Assembly: GCA_965649765.1 (NCBI GenBank)
Contig: OZ287755.1
Location: forward strand, 36,332,001-36,396,000
Source: Bispira polyomma
Taxonomy: Eukaryota
Reading direction: 5' to 3'
DNA length: 64,000 nt
Part shown: positions 13,301 to 26,420 of the stretch, piece after piece
Layout: each line of letters begins with the position of its first letter
How positions within the stretch are numbered: position 1 is the stretch's first letter
The notes under the pieces: model-generated
What the model was told of the DNA's origin: nothing
The model's database searches: none
Seen by the model: the letters and a program-made list of their open reading frames with translations, nothing else
Translations under genes and position numbers: made by a program

Positions 13301-16300
13301 AAACAAAGGGCATTATTAATTGTTGGGGAGCCTTATCTGTTACAGCACTAGTACTAATTAAGACAAGGAACTCATATTTATATTAAACATGTTTCGTTTC
13401 ATTTCAAACTTGTCTCAAATTTGTGACAGTGTGTCTGAGAGGGAGACTTTCGGGAGATGAAAAAAGACAATGGAGTCATCTATATGTGGCAGAACAGTCC
13501 ATTCGTAGCATAACCTGCCACAATGAACAGTCACAGATGTATGCCTTGATAAGATTAGGACTTAACATTGTTACCACATAGATAGCAGGAACATCAACTT
13601 TGTTACAGCATATGTCCTTGTATGTATTAGTTTTAACTTAGACTTAGGATTAACATTTATGTCTAAAATAATATATTATCCTAATCATAGTTATGTCACT
13701 AGGACTAAGACTAAAATTTTAACATCTTACGATCAAAATCAAAAACCTAAATCCTAAGACTCAGTTAGAATGAAGACCTTTGTGAATACAGCCCCTGTAA
13801 ATTGAATTCATGCTTACAGGATACATGTTTTGGTAGATGCTTTAGGAAAAGGCTTTTGCTATAGTTATAGATATACATGTATATGGCAGGTTCTAAAACT
13901 TATCAATTCCAAAACTTGTGGTTACACAACTGTTACTATAAAATGTAAATTGTCAAGGTTATATCTATTAGTATACAAATTATTAACATCCTAGTTCAAC
14001 AGTAAAACAACCCTTACATTGAAGCCCACAAATACTCCCTTAAAAGCTTGTATGTCACTAAACACATAAATATTTGTTTTCTGTACTTGGTATAAGCTGT
14101 GCTAAAAGAGCTTAGAGATAGTATCCTCTGATTTCAAGTATTGCCTATGCCTACCACAACTGTCGGTGCTCTATCATTTTCACTTGATAAATTGTGTTAG
14201 CCACAAAGTCTCTATCTACAGTTAGGGTAGGGACTGGTGCTAGTTGGCTGATCTTGGGTAGTCAGTAATAAGGTTACTTAGTACTTAATACCAGTGGCCG
14301 TATTCTTAAGTTCAAAATCAGACCCAAGCTTAAGATGTTTGCTCAGATGAGTTTTTTTTTTTACAATTTGGTGTTCTCGAACACATTTTTACTCAACCAC
14401 AGATTTTTCACCATAGCAAACTCTCAGAGTTGTGTCTGACTTTGAACTTAAGTTTTTTTTCCAGAAAATGGCCGCTGATATATGCAGTGAATATATATAA
14501 ACTGCAAAACAATACAAGAAGGTAATGTATATTGCTGTGTATCAACTTTGTTGCCTTTTTTAACCAATTTATCTGTAAGACAAGCAAATACCTTACCTTC
14601 AGTGGAATTATAAGCATTGCCCACATTGGCCAAAACTACAGGATACTGTACCCTCTCCCCCGCATTATAAAAGGTATCCACTGAGGCTCTAGCTGTAAAG
14701 GCTATCTCCCCGGCTTTATACACACTGTCTGGGTTGGTTTTTTTTAAATCACAAAACAGACACAATATAACAACATATTATATCAGTAATAATTATCAGT
14801 GTATCATCAGACACAAAATAAAGATATTACATATATACCTGATACCTGCAGTAAATACATATCCAATACCATGTACATTTCACTAACAAGGACTTGTCTC
14901 ATCTGGTTATCCAAAGAACATGTTGCTATAGAGAGCGTTCTGTCCAAAAAAGTTTTGAGCAAATTTTTGCATCGTTTATCAACCAAATTATTCAACCGTT
15001 TATGTTTGCTTGGCATTAACAGTAAAAAATATATATATTGGAAGAAAGCAATTCAACGAATTAAAATATTAAAAACCAAGGTAAATTTGGAGTGCAGACA
15101 TCACAATTCTTGCCCTCTTGCAAAAAAATAATATTTACACACTGTTTTGTGTAACCAGTGTGTGTTTCCATGTTCGCGGCTTGTGGATGTGGCTATATTT
15201 CTTTCGGCTTGAAGAAATAATCTATGACAAACCATATATATATATAGGTATATCGAGAGAGATGGAATTATACCATAATTTTAAGGCGTAGGAATACGAA
15301 GAATAAGTTTAAGTTTCAAACTATTCTCCAAAATGTGATATTGTAGTAGTAGATTTTACCAGACATTTGAACCAATCGGAATTGTTGACACAAACAAGCT
15401 TGTCATGTTAGAATACAAGATAAACCAAAAATGTTATATTTTATCCCGAGCCCGGTTTTATCTTCTTGAGTCATATTTTGTTTTAATACACCACTAGGGT
15501 TGTTTTACATTGATTATCCACTTATAAAATATAATTATTATGCTTATATAGGTCAAAATATGACACAAAACAGTCAGAAAAAGCTCCCAAATATTGGAAA
15601 TTCACGGCAAAATACATAATACAAACTAAAAGTATTAGTATTAGTACAGTTGTGACCTGAAATAATAAGCTTCAAATACAACCTTTTACCACTCTAAAAA
15701 TCGGCTTTTGTACAAAATAACATTGCATATTGCTTATATTTTGTATATTTTAAAAGTTTTTAATAATTAATGGACTATTTTGTTAGCTGTGATCATATAA
15801 AAACAACCCAAAACTCTATATATAGTTTTGTTTACGTTTTAAAACCTTCCATTAGGACGTCACAATTCAAATCTGAAAGCCAAGAAGTACAGAGTTGTTA
15901 CCATAAAGAATTATGTTATTGTTGTTTAGGGTCCATATTTTATGTTAATCACACTATTTAGCAACTTTCTGTATGAAATATTGTGTAAAATTGAGATTAA
16001 AACATTGAAAATCTGGTAAATGCTACTTTTTTTAATATATATACACATTCACCGGCGCTGGTTGATACGGCTCCTTGTATCACCCGGCCCGTATCAGCCA
16101 TAAAAACGTCTTACTGACGTCACAGTGGATAATAAATAGAAATCTACACTGGTAATCAAATATTTATATTATACCCTGTGTCAAATATTGCTTTTTAGTA
16201 AATTGTGTTGGGTAGTGACAAACTCATATAACGTTCTGACCCAATGATGTATTGTGTGTGATTTTGAAAAGTAGAAGAATACTGCATTGGACCAACCCAG

Positions 16301-17586
16301 TACCTTTTTCTTGGAAATGCTCCCTCAACTCAACCATGTCCTGTCTAAGTTCACCGACCATGTCTTCCAAAGTTGACACCATCTGATGTACATCTCTGTA
16401 TATGGATGTCACTTGGCTGTCAAACTCTTCTTTTGCCACATACTGCAACATCACCAATAACATTTACTTTTGTTAATGTTTTCAACACTTGCATATTATA
16501 GGACGACCGCAAAAGTAGTAGAAATTATTGAACATCTACTGGTATATCTGAGGAACACACAGTTAGGAGGCGTGTGTAGAGAGACTAGTTTATTCAGATT
16601 TCTACACTGTAAACCACTGGGCTGCATAAAATCTACTACTCCTTTCCCCACTTGAATGCCAGAAGAAATCGAGTGGAAGGCGAGTATGTTGCCCCTTCAT
16701 CAACAAGACGGGGCCGCGGTGGCTTAGTGGTTAGCAAGCATTGCGCTTCACAATCACTGGTCTCTCACCTCTGGGCGGCGTGAGTTCGAATCCTGTCGAT
16801 GCCTATGTGGGAAAGGTGGTAGTTCCTTACTGTGGGCCGCTGGTTTCTCTGCAGAACCTTGACCGACTGTATGCAGTGTTTCCTCCAGCGTTTCTAACTA
16901 CCCGTCCCAATATAACCTACTAAAAGGTACTAGAGTGGACGTTATATATCCAAATTCAAAAATTCATCAACAAGACACATATCACCCATAGGAAAGACAC
17001 CAATTAAAATTTACTTACAGAGTAATACAGATAGCTCAAATGATAACATACATTTGCACATATTGAATAATAAATAGTCATATTGACATCATATTTTTTT
17101 CATTACAAGTAACACTTTCAAGTTATGCTATATGTTATTTGAACTTTGGGTATGTAAAATAGTTACTACAGTTGTCTATAAGGAATAATTAGCACACATA
17201 CCAGAGTAATGTAATTTAATTTACTTGTTTTTTTTTTGTCACTTTCAATAGCTTTAAAGGTGATAGCTGATAGCACAACAGCAAAAATCATCGACCTACA
17301 ACCTGACACTAACTTTTAAACAAATAGGAGTAAAAAGGAATTGAATCCACATTGCTAAGAGGCCGGGCAAATGTAGACACAACAGTTGTTATAATTATCA
17401 TAAATATATAAATACAAATGAATATAACTACATATAAATACATATGCTTTTCAATCAGCAATAAACTGAACATTTATTGATTAAGTCAAATTTTCCTCAA
17501 AATATTTCTAGTACAATCAATATGTATACCTGGGTGGCTGAAGTCAGTCCTATCACAAGGATTACACAAACTGTCCCAAGGAACAT
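10394..17586 (-). CDS. Secreted C1q-domain-containing protein (signal peptide + coiled coil + globular C1q), gene A, 231 aa, 6 coding exons
   Basis: Exons 17586-17530 (MFLGTVCVILVIGLTSATQ), 16442-16304, 14925-14839, 14728-14597 (EIAFTA...NVGNAYNSTE), 11543-11430 (GFFTCPVSGVYLFS), 10560-10394 (...NSFTGVLL...stop). All introns GT-AG, phases 0,1,1,1,1, 696 nt with no stop. TATA-like at ~17661-17668; AATAAA at ~10256. Exon 3/4 boundaries are the least certain. Confidence 0.85.
12696..14037. repeat. ~98-bp inverted repeat pair in intron 4 of C1q gene A (foldback/MITE-like)
   Basis: 12696-12793 is the near reverse complement of 13940-14037. A 63-bp direct repeat (12387-12449 / 12797-12859) abuts the left arm. 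Confidence 0.75.
16710..16962 (+). mobile_element. Full-length tRNA-derived SINE, antisense in intron 1 of C1q gene A
   Basis: A box TGGCTTAGTGG, B box GTTCGAATCC, AAATTC-type tail, exact 14-bp TSD TTCATCAACAAGAC (16696-16709 / 16963-16976); near-identical copy at 36909. Confidence 0.9.
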
Positions 17587-18949
17587 TGCAACGTTGTCAC
17601 ACTGGGATCGTTAATAAAACTTTTGTCAACAGCTCTTAATCTACATAGCTAGCGAGGCTGTTATATATGTTTAATACATGTAGGAAATATAACAGGTGTA
17701 TATGTTATGTACGCATGAAACCAGTCTTGTTTCTGCTGATAAGTAGCAAAAACAAATCAATTAAAAAAAATTGTTCTCATTTTGAGACAAATATAACTGA
17801 TATATATTTTTGCTCTTATCAGTATAATGCATATACTTATGAATACCCATTTTGTCCAAGAAATTTAAACTATACTGTTCGTAAATTTAAAAATGTGTCA
17901 GTTAGAACTGCTTCAAATCAGCATTATTATCATGGATAATAAACTCAATCACCAACTGTGATCCCAATTTATACTAATCACCATCCTCACACTTAAGCTG
18001 ATCTGTGTAAGATAATTGAAAACTTGAAATGAATTTGAATTAGTTTGTGTTTCCTATAAGTGAATTTAGAGCTTTCTCAACAGCCTGTTGAGTTTAGATC
18101 ACTAGAAACACTTTTTGGGTTAGGAGAAAACTTAAAATCTATATTTTCAAACTTGAAATCCTTAATTCCCTCCCTTTACACCCAGAACATGCCTTGCACC
18201 AGTAAGATACGTTAAAAATGCAACAATACAATACAATGTATCAACACTGATGAGTGTATTTGAACTGATAATTTTAGTTTACCTTTGAGGCCACAGTAAA
18301 TACAGCTCATATTACTAATTATGAAGTCTGTAGTAGAAGAACAAATAAGAACAAACACTTACAAAGGATTTAAGTTTAAGATTGATTGGGTTTAATGACA
18401 CTTTCAGCACATTGTATTGATAATATCATGGCGGGGAGTTTTACTGGTGGAGTAAAGTAGTGTATACTAGTAAGTAAAGATGCTGCACAGTAAAGCACCG
18501 GGCATCGGCAAATAACCGCCAATTTTCATACATACAACTGAGGCAAAGATTTAAACCCACAACCTAAGAGGTGGAATACAAGTGTGTTAACCATTAAGCT
18601 CCCGAGCCTCTTTTCAGGTTTAAGAAAAATTAGCGAAATAGTTACTGAAATAATTAGCATATTCTTCTGCCATCAACATTTTTTGCACCCACAGGGAGAA
18701 CATTTGATTTATTTAGTGTCTTTAGCCATATGATCATACCATAAGAGTGTTTCTTCTCTAGAATTAGTGTTATCCAAATCTGCACAAAAATGTACTGGTA
18801 GGCTTTTTCTTGGATATGCAATATATATATAACCGTCTCCAAGGTGTGGCCAGCTTTGGTCAAGGAATATTTGTGTAATATTGTTAGCAAATAAAAGCAA
18901 CAACCAGTGGTGAAACCTTCTTTGTTGAGGTAATCACAGTAGCTATTAT

Positions 18950-20140
18950 AATGATGAGAACTGCCAGCAGGCCCAAATTTAGTACTTGTCAATGTGGTAG
19001 TTCAAGTCACATATTAGTACATTGTGCAATAACATAATCATATGTAATATGCATGCGAGTACAATCCTTCGTCCATATTATCTAAACCCATGTTTAATAT
19101 TAAGGAAACAGGTATAATAGACCGAGTTCTTGGTCGCCAAAATAGCCATTTTTTACTGAAGTGCGGCTGTCGGGAAATCAATGTAATTGTGAAATGGTAT
19201 ATTTAGACACACACTTCAGTTGTTTTAAATATATGAAATTATTACTTGGATAAAGGTTATTTTCCATTCACCATTTTTTATTTAAGAAAAGCCACAGTAT
19301 AGACATATATCACAAGATTCATAAATGTTCCGGTACTTTGTCCACTGTTTAGATTAGTGTCAGCAATCATGTGACCATCAGAATTATGTACCATATTGTC
19401 AGAATTAGTTCAAATTCTGATCAAACTTGGCTCTTATAATTTGATATATATCATTTAGGATTGTTTGTATTAACTACAAATTTACAGATCTTATTCTGTC
19501 AAATTATTCCTATCGGAAAACCCCCCATTGAATCCCTTAGTAAGAGATGGTGTGTGAATGCACCAACTGGTTGTCACAAGAACAAGGAGGTAGAAAATAT
19601 GGAAACATATAATATATCTCATTTAAATATTTTAATCAGCATTGAATAAAGGTTGTTCTGTAAAGTATTGATATTAATTTTTAATTCCATATAATTTGTA
19701 GTAGGCCATTCATGATTTTAGAGTATATTTTTATACTTTTTCATTTCCATTACACATTTACAATGATTTGCTATTGTAAACAACTCTGTCCCTCGTCGTG
19801 TGTACCAAAAAAAATAATAAAAGCATTGGGGACGGGACAGAAACTCTGTTTATATGTGTATCTTATTTCTCTCTGCAAAGACATACATATTAAGAAAAAG
19901 GTAATCTGAATATGAAGTACCAAATATTGTGTTGAAAATGGTTAATATGTAGTTCACAACACTCAATTTCGGGTTGTACCTCATATGGGTTAACAGTGCC
20001 TACTATGGGGTTGTCAATTGCTACTATGGACTGTCAGTTCCGACTATGGAGTTACCAGTTCCTAATGTGGGGTGTCTGTACCTAGTTTAGGGTTGTCAGT
20101 ACCTAATATGCGTTGCCAGTACCTCATATGCGGTTGCCTT
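18950..20140 (+). repeat. Interspersed repeat with terminal 21-bp minisatellite; related copy at 48800-49125
   Basis: 18955-19100 aligns with 48801-48970. About 8 degenerate GGGGTTGCCAGTACCTCATAT units at 19971-20140 and about 3 at 49055-49125. Confidence 0.55.
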
Positions 20141-22910
20141 ATCTTTAAATATATTTAATATGAATGTCATGTATGCAAATATATCTTGTTATGTCACACT
20201 ATAGTACAAAGGTTATACAATTTTGTGTCAAAAACACCTCAATTAATGTTGTTCTGAATGTGCAGGTACATTGATACAGGATACAACCTATAATAAAATT
20301 TGGTACAGAACAACGATGCAGGCATAATTATTTTTTTATTCATAATCAAATATCTTCACCTTTTTGGGGTTCTTGGGGTTCAATACCTGACTAAATTTAA
20401 GACAGACTCTACAATTGAAAGAGATTGATATCTACTCAAGTATACATGACTGTTTTTAGATGTCTAGAAACCTAAATTGCACGTGGACATTTTCCCAGGG
20501 ACAAAAACACAGTCTCCAACGAAGAACACTTAAATGATATAATATATATTGTATGAACATAAAATAACTAAAACCCCAAAACAACACAGGTTTTCTAAAT
20601 TTGTATATCACACTGCAAGCAATCTGTGTAATTAAGGACTCTAAATTTATACGGAACTTGTATAAATTTTATATGTTACAAATAATCGTAAATTGACTGG
20701 ACATAGTTGTAAAGATATCTAAATAGTAAATTCCCAAATGCAATTGCTATGAGTTAGTACGGATGAATGGAAAAGTGTTAACTAAGATATGAATACGAAT
20801 GGAAGTCTAAATAGTCTTAATACAAATTTTAAATGGCAAAGTCCCACACGAAGACATTGTTACATTTAAAAGTTATATTAACATAATCTAATAGTCCATA
20901 ATAATACAATACCTTAAACTATCACGAGTTAGGGTCACACGTCAAGCGTATCAAGCAAGAGAGTTTTTTAAAATGTAACCTTACCATATATAGGTGAATA
21001 GAAATAACAAGAAATACAAAAATAATCCAAAACAACCTGAATTAGTTTTATTGGAAAGACAAAACAAGTGAATTGTTAGCATGGCAGAAACGTATAATGT
21101 ATAAACAGTATCGGAAGTACAAGTTAACAAAATTGGTCTGAACCAAAATTTATCTAAAATCTCAAGTTATATTCTCAATTTTAAGACCGAAACAGTCTCA
21201 GATTGGCTAGTTATTCACAAAAAGAATTGACACCAAATTTCCTCTCAGACTAATATTAAGTCAAGGCTTGTTGGGAAGAGTTTCAAGTATTTAGCAAAAT
21301 ATCTCAAGCATTAAATAGCATAAATACAGGGCTATATCTTTTTTTTAGGTTCTCAAATGAACTAGAAATATTTGAAGATATTTGTTACTGCACATATTAT
21401 ATAGTATTTGATAAATAACAGCCACATCATTTCCCTAAGATTTACCTTCTTTTTTTTTTGCTGCAAATCAAACATTTCAGTAGATTATGTGCAGCTTTTT
21501 TACTAAAAAGTATATTACAAAGCTTGTTTTAAATTTGAAGTACACATATCTACGTTTTTTATCAAATGTTCAATGTATTTATATGTTTACAATTTTACAA
21601 ATTTCAGATTCGGTCTCTCAGAATTCGCTGAAGTGGAATGTTGTTTTAGAAAGCCTAAGAGGCACAAGAATCTCTAAACGTATAAACAGTTTAATCAGCA
21701 GTATCTAACTTATCTCAAGTTGTACCTTTTCATGTCCTTTCATGCCATGTAATCAGAAAGATTACCTTGGATCTTGGGTGGGATGTACCCAATAGAGGCA
21801 TGGTCACAACTAAAACTATGATCACAAACCTCTTCTCTTATCGGACTATTATTTTGCTTACTGACTTGGATGTGCGCTTCAGAGCATGCCTGGACATCGA
21901 TGGTGGCGCTATAGAAGTAAACACATTAATATGAGAGGATGCCTGGACATCTATTTTGGTGATATAGAAGTTTAACATTCATAACTTGGTTCCAGTAATA
22001 CTGCCCGTCGGTATATGACCTACGCAATATGTTAAACCCCAATCGATCAAAGACCAAGGCATCCAGGTGTCATGGCTCTCAGTTGCATGTATTACTTCCT
22101 ATTGTCCTAGTGGTCCATTAGTCAGTGCCTTATCCCTTCTGAATAGGCGGAAAACCCCTTCATATTTGATCACTATTTTTCTAGCTATCAATGAGACAAC
22201 ATTAAATATAATATTGTTGAACATATGTTAGATTTTATGTTTTTTTATTAAAACCGCATGGCACCCTATCTAAGAAGTACAATTGCTCTGACTTTTGGTG
22301 ACCAGCATGAGGAAAGACAGTACTCCTGCTGTAGACGTTCGAGTTAACCAGCATACAGTGAGTATACAGATCATGGTTGAGCTAGAAACTCAGGAGGGAG
22401 GAAATACAGGGTCGTTTCAAATGTGCTTCCTCATGGGCAGCCACTATGGGCACCAAGGCTTGCTTGCTTGAGGACGACAATTTATCAACGTCCGCAATGA
22501 TCTTTAATCTGCCACTGGACATATTTCTCAGTGACAGAGGACAGCCATTTTAAGTGGTCACTAGGCAAACTTGTGTTCACATCTTGTCCAATAATGTTAT
22601 CCCACCAAATGAAACTAGCAGCCGGTACCGGGAATAGAACCAGGGATTTACTGATCATCAGACCAACACCCAAACCACTAGACCATGGGAGATCAGATGA
22701 AAGCCAGTCTGTGCAATAAAACTTACCATTGCAGTTTTTATAACAAGGGTTCCTGTAATAGTCGCAACAAAATATTGCCTGACAGCTTAGCCAACAACTA
22801 TACTTCTATTCTTGTAGGCGATTATTTTCAAAGCTTGCATGTTTTCTACCAGGGGTTCTGTTTTAAACTATCGGCCATACTGGCCAATATTTTAATTTTT
22901 TTAAGCTTTT

Positions 22911-23981
22911 TCATAAATTACCCATACATACTATGAGATGAACAAAGAAAAGACCTCTGACTAGTGCAAAGAAACACTCAATGAGATCTGATGTTCTGGG
23001 AACCAAATTTCCCTTGAAAAGTACGAAAGAATAAAGAAGATAGAGGTCAGATAAGACATTTTGTGTCAAGAATTTACAATTTGCATTTTGCTTGGCAAAG
23101 CCACTACCTTTACTAGTACCACGGCCACTACTGGTATGAACCACACTATTATTTGACACGTGCCTCTGTGCATGGGCCCTTCTCAAACGGTCTAATTTTT
23201 CCACGTCGGACCACGAAAGCTTGTCCATTTCCATGTGCGTCATGATAACTGCATGACAAGCCTTCGCCGCCTCCCACGAGAAGTCTTCCGCATCTTCCAT
23301 GAGGTTGGACATATAATCCAGCATTGTTTCTCTAACCGAGTTACACTTCTCCTCCTGAATTATTCTAGTAAAACCGCATACCCACTGGGTCATGGACAGA
23401 TCATTGTACGTGGGTCTAGCACGAAAACTACCAGTGAGCACATGGTTTTGGGGCCATTCAACAACACGTTTAATTACTACGTCCACCCCACCCCCCCTTT
23501 GAGATTTGAGCTTACCCTGACTGGGAGCTTCATTCAGACGTTTTAGTTCTGCTAGCCGTAATTCGACCTGACTCTGAATTTGTGTGTTGTTTCGCAGGAA
23601 ATCAACACTAGGTACCACATTCTGAACATTTTCTTCTCTGATGGGAGGGTCAACTACTGCGGTTGTATTAATTACAGAATTATCACTAAAATTCAAATTA
23701 CTGGCCTGTTTTTTGTTTCCATCCACTGCCAATGTTGCCTCGGCGAGTTGCACACGCTGGTCCATTTTTTCCATCATCTGGCTCATGGACTGGAGCTGAA
23801 GCAGAATTTGATTCGATACCGTGTTCAGCCCCACGTCCTGAGCCATACCAGTATCTGTGTGCTCCTCGCCTTGGTCATCATTAGCATCAGAAGTGGAAGA
23901 ACCCTGAGATAGCAAACACCCAGCCCCAACCGGCCTAGCACGTTTCCCCAGACATTTAGAACAGTTTACAACCGCAGGCAT
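22911..23981 (-). CDS. Gag-like ORF1 of YR retrotransposon, truncated before the C-terminal zinc finger
   Basis: Clear paralog of 44401-45471 (QGKLKSQR, WPQNHVLTGS, QWVCGF, SWEAAKACHAV, RRAHAQRHVSN); the last ~50 aa are read-through into unrelated DNA. Confidence 0.75.
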   Translation of the reverse strand: MPAVVNCSKCLGKRARPVGAGCLLSQGSSTSDANDDQGEEHTDTGMAQDVGLNTVSNQILLQLQSMSQMMEKMDQRVQLAEATLAVDGNKKQASNLNFSDNSVINTTAVVDPPIREENVQNVVPSVDFLRNNTQIQSQVELRLAELKRLNEAPSQGKLKSQRGGGVDVVIKRVVEWPQNHVLTGSFRARPTYNDLSMTQWVCGFTRIIQEEKCNSVRETMLDYMSNLMEDAEDFSWEAAKACHAVIMTHMEMDKLSWSDVEKLDRLRRAHAQRHVSNNSVVHTSSGRGTSKGSGFAKQNANCKFLTQNVLSDLYLLYSFVLFKGNLVPRTSDLIECFFALVRGLFFVHLIVCMGNL

Positions 23982-24920
23982 GTCAGTATTTATGTAACAA
24001 TTTGTAAGACAGAAAGGACACGATACACTAGCAGACGAGCTAGTTTAGTTTTTAAACTGGTTTAGAATTAATGTAAAACTGAACTTCGAATGTAACAACA
24101 TGTCACAAATACTAGAACTTCGTTTTGACCAGCATGTTTTACAATACTGAACTTCGAATCTAACAACATGTGTTACAAATACTGTGCTATGATAGAATAA
24201 TTCACAGCAGTTTAAACACTAAGGCAAAACTTCAAAACTATCAAAACTATAAACACGTGTAGAACTTCGTTTCTGCCAGCATATTTTACAATGTTGAACT
24301 TCGTATCTAACAACATATGTTGCAAATAATGTTTTACAATACTGACTATCGAAACTATCAACACATGTAGCACTTAGTTTTTGATGTTATAAAATAGAGT
24401 CTTGCGAGTACTGCTCCTGTTTGTGAGCTAAACTAGAGGCATGTATTCAAATTTATAACATAGTTACTGATTTAGACACTCGACTACACCTTATATATTG
24501 CAGGCTGGTTTTCTAGCATATAAAACGGCTCATAGTCACCCTTATAGGGACGAGTACACAGTATATTAAACACATATTGCTGGCTGGTTTGTTAGCACAT
24601 AAAACGGCTCTCGAGTATCCCTTATAGGGACGAGTATACTGTATATTAATGAAATATTACACAACATATGTTACAAATGCTGTGATAGAATAAAAACAAC
24701 GTGAAACTTCGAAACTATCAACACGTGTAGAACTTTGTTTCTACCGACATATTGTTACAAAATAATGTTCCGTGGTCGGCTGTAGTTTTCAAAAGGAAGT
24801 TATATTCAGACTGCACAGCTTTATATAGGGAGAGCAGCAGTCAGTGACGCGTTTACAAAAACAAATAGACTGTTACCCCAGCACTGAAAGCACCAACGCT
24901 GGGGGCGCTGCCTTATAATT
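23070..24920 (-). mobile_element. 3'-truncated YR retrotransposon (5' leader + gag only)
   Basis: gag homology to 44401-45471 ends at ~23070 (NCKF). 24874-24920 aligns with 45655-45701. TATATAAA at 24827-24820. Repeat-rich leader. Confidence 0.8.
24075..24770. repeat. Degenerate tandem repeats in the gag leader (GAACTTCG-cored ~35-bp units plus a ~78-bp duplication)
   Basis: gaacttcg-type cores at ~24081, 24116, 24149, 24262, 24296, 24703, 24730; duplicated block ~24495-24570 / ~24575-24650. Confidence 0.7.
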
Positions 24921-25539
24921 AGTATTTGTTCCGATTCCATACACCTGTCCATATCTCAGACTGCATCGAAGCTGTTTCAGATGCTCGGCATTCTCAAACA
25001 TCTCAACAAATCGACTCTGGAGCTCACTTTTAACGACATTATTACTCAGATGATTGCTTAAGTACAAAGCACATTCTCACAAGAATGTCCTTCAGGGTAA
25101 CCAAACGAGGGTCAAATCTGGTCAAAACTATAGCTCAGAAAATACATATTCTGCATCACCGGAAACATGTTGACGTTTGTTAGTTCAGGGGGCAGTGGGT
25201 CAGATGCAAAATGCCCTTCGCATCTCTCATGTCCATTTATTGTGCAAATTTCTTTTTTTTATTTTTAACTATTTATTTCACCTTATAGCACATATATTTT
25301 TTTACCATACTCATTATTTATAGGTATACTTCACTTTCCATTCCCTTACTCAGAAAAAGGTCCCAGAAAAATAAATATTTTTTTGCAAAAGGAATCCTTA
25401 AATTAAATATCTGTTACTCTATATTTTTTTTAAAAGGAATTCCCAAAAGTACTCCACGAACCGTAAAATCACACCTTGTAAAAAACATTCCTGTCTTTCT
25501 TACTCAAAGGATACTTAGGGACACCTCTAATCTACGTTG

Positions 25540-26200
25540 GCCTGCATGAAGCTGGAGGATGGCAGATTACATTGGTTTGACAGTATGCAATGGGCCCTCA
25601 AGTGGGCCAGCTACAGACAATCTGGATTGATTAATCTGCTAGGCAATCCACCACAGTTGAAAAAGAAAATCCATGTTTAGACTTTCAAAACGATCTATGT
25701 TTGGTTTGAGATGGATCACTGAAATTTACACATCTGTGCACATAGTTACGGAGCAATGAAGAGAATCTGTACACATCCAGAATTCAATTTAAAATTTGAC
25801 CACGGACCACAAATGAAAAATTTAAATTGATATCCTCTTTGGAATAGGCCAAACTGAGTAGTAAAGATGGAAATGACCGGTTTAAATAATATAGTCACTC
25901 CACTTGAGTGTCAATGTAATGATGGCAGGATAAACAAATGTATTGTAATGTAAATCAGATTGTAATGACATTAGTAATAATCTCAATTATGTCAGAAATA
26001 TTACTAAGGGTGATTTCTATGATAAAACATTCCTTGCTATGAATAATGTCACCACATGCATAATATATATTTTTATGGAACAGGTTATAGATATTGCTAG
26101 TGGTAGAATGAGTGACACTAATATCATGGGCTTTATAGCCTGCAGTGATGTTAACTTTAATTTAACTGGTCTAGATAGAGAACCAGTTACTCTCTCTGGC
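25540..26200 (+). mobile_element. Highly decayed YR retrotransposon relic (gag and pol fragments)
   Basis: MKLEDGRLHWFDSMQWAL (~25546) matches IQGRLTWGDATQWAL (~27905); GFIACSDVNFNLTGLDREP (~26130) matches GFIRLSNTDYEFVGPDREP (~29005). Confidence 0.55.
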
Positions 26201-26342
26201 CTTGATGTGTTTGTTAGTGTCACAGAAATTATTATCATCCCTTTGACACCTATGATGTCGGCTGGCAGTTGACAGCATTTGTTACTCCCAGAATCAAGTC
26301 GATACCACCACAAAAGTACTTATTCAACAGCCAGTACTTCCT

Positions 26343-26420
26343 TGTAATAGGAAAATTGTTAGTGCAACAAAGAGCCCCGGTTTGAATCCCAGCCACGGAA
26401 AGTTATTTCTGTAGTTTACA
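26343..26420 (+). mobile_element. Short internally deleted LTR-like copy related to 63176-63293
   Basis: Starts TGTAATAGGA, ends TTTACA, shares caaagagcc...agccacgg(a/c)aagttatttctgt with the 63176 copy and has a B-box-like GGTTTGAATCC; no TSD seen. Confidence 0.45.

Noticed and set aside
15510-16135. Possible non-autonomous element bounded by TTATCCACT/AGTGGATAA
   Set aside because: A 9-bp inverted match without TSD is too weak to call.
16741-16923. Duplicated small ORF (also 36835-37041)
   Set aside because: Both are translations of the SINE body.
22911-23070. Hydrophobic C-terminal tail as a Gag membrane anchor
   Set aside because: It begins exactly where gag homology ends; most simply chance read-through into AT-rich flank.
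24075-24770. CRISPR-like array next to an RT/recombinase locus
   Set aside because: Units are degenerate duplications of one another without unique spacers, the context is eukaryotic, and no cas genes are present.
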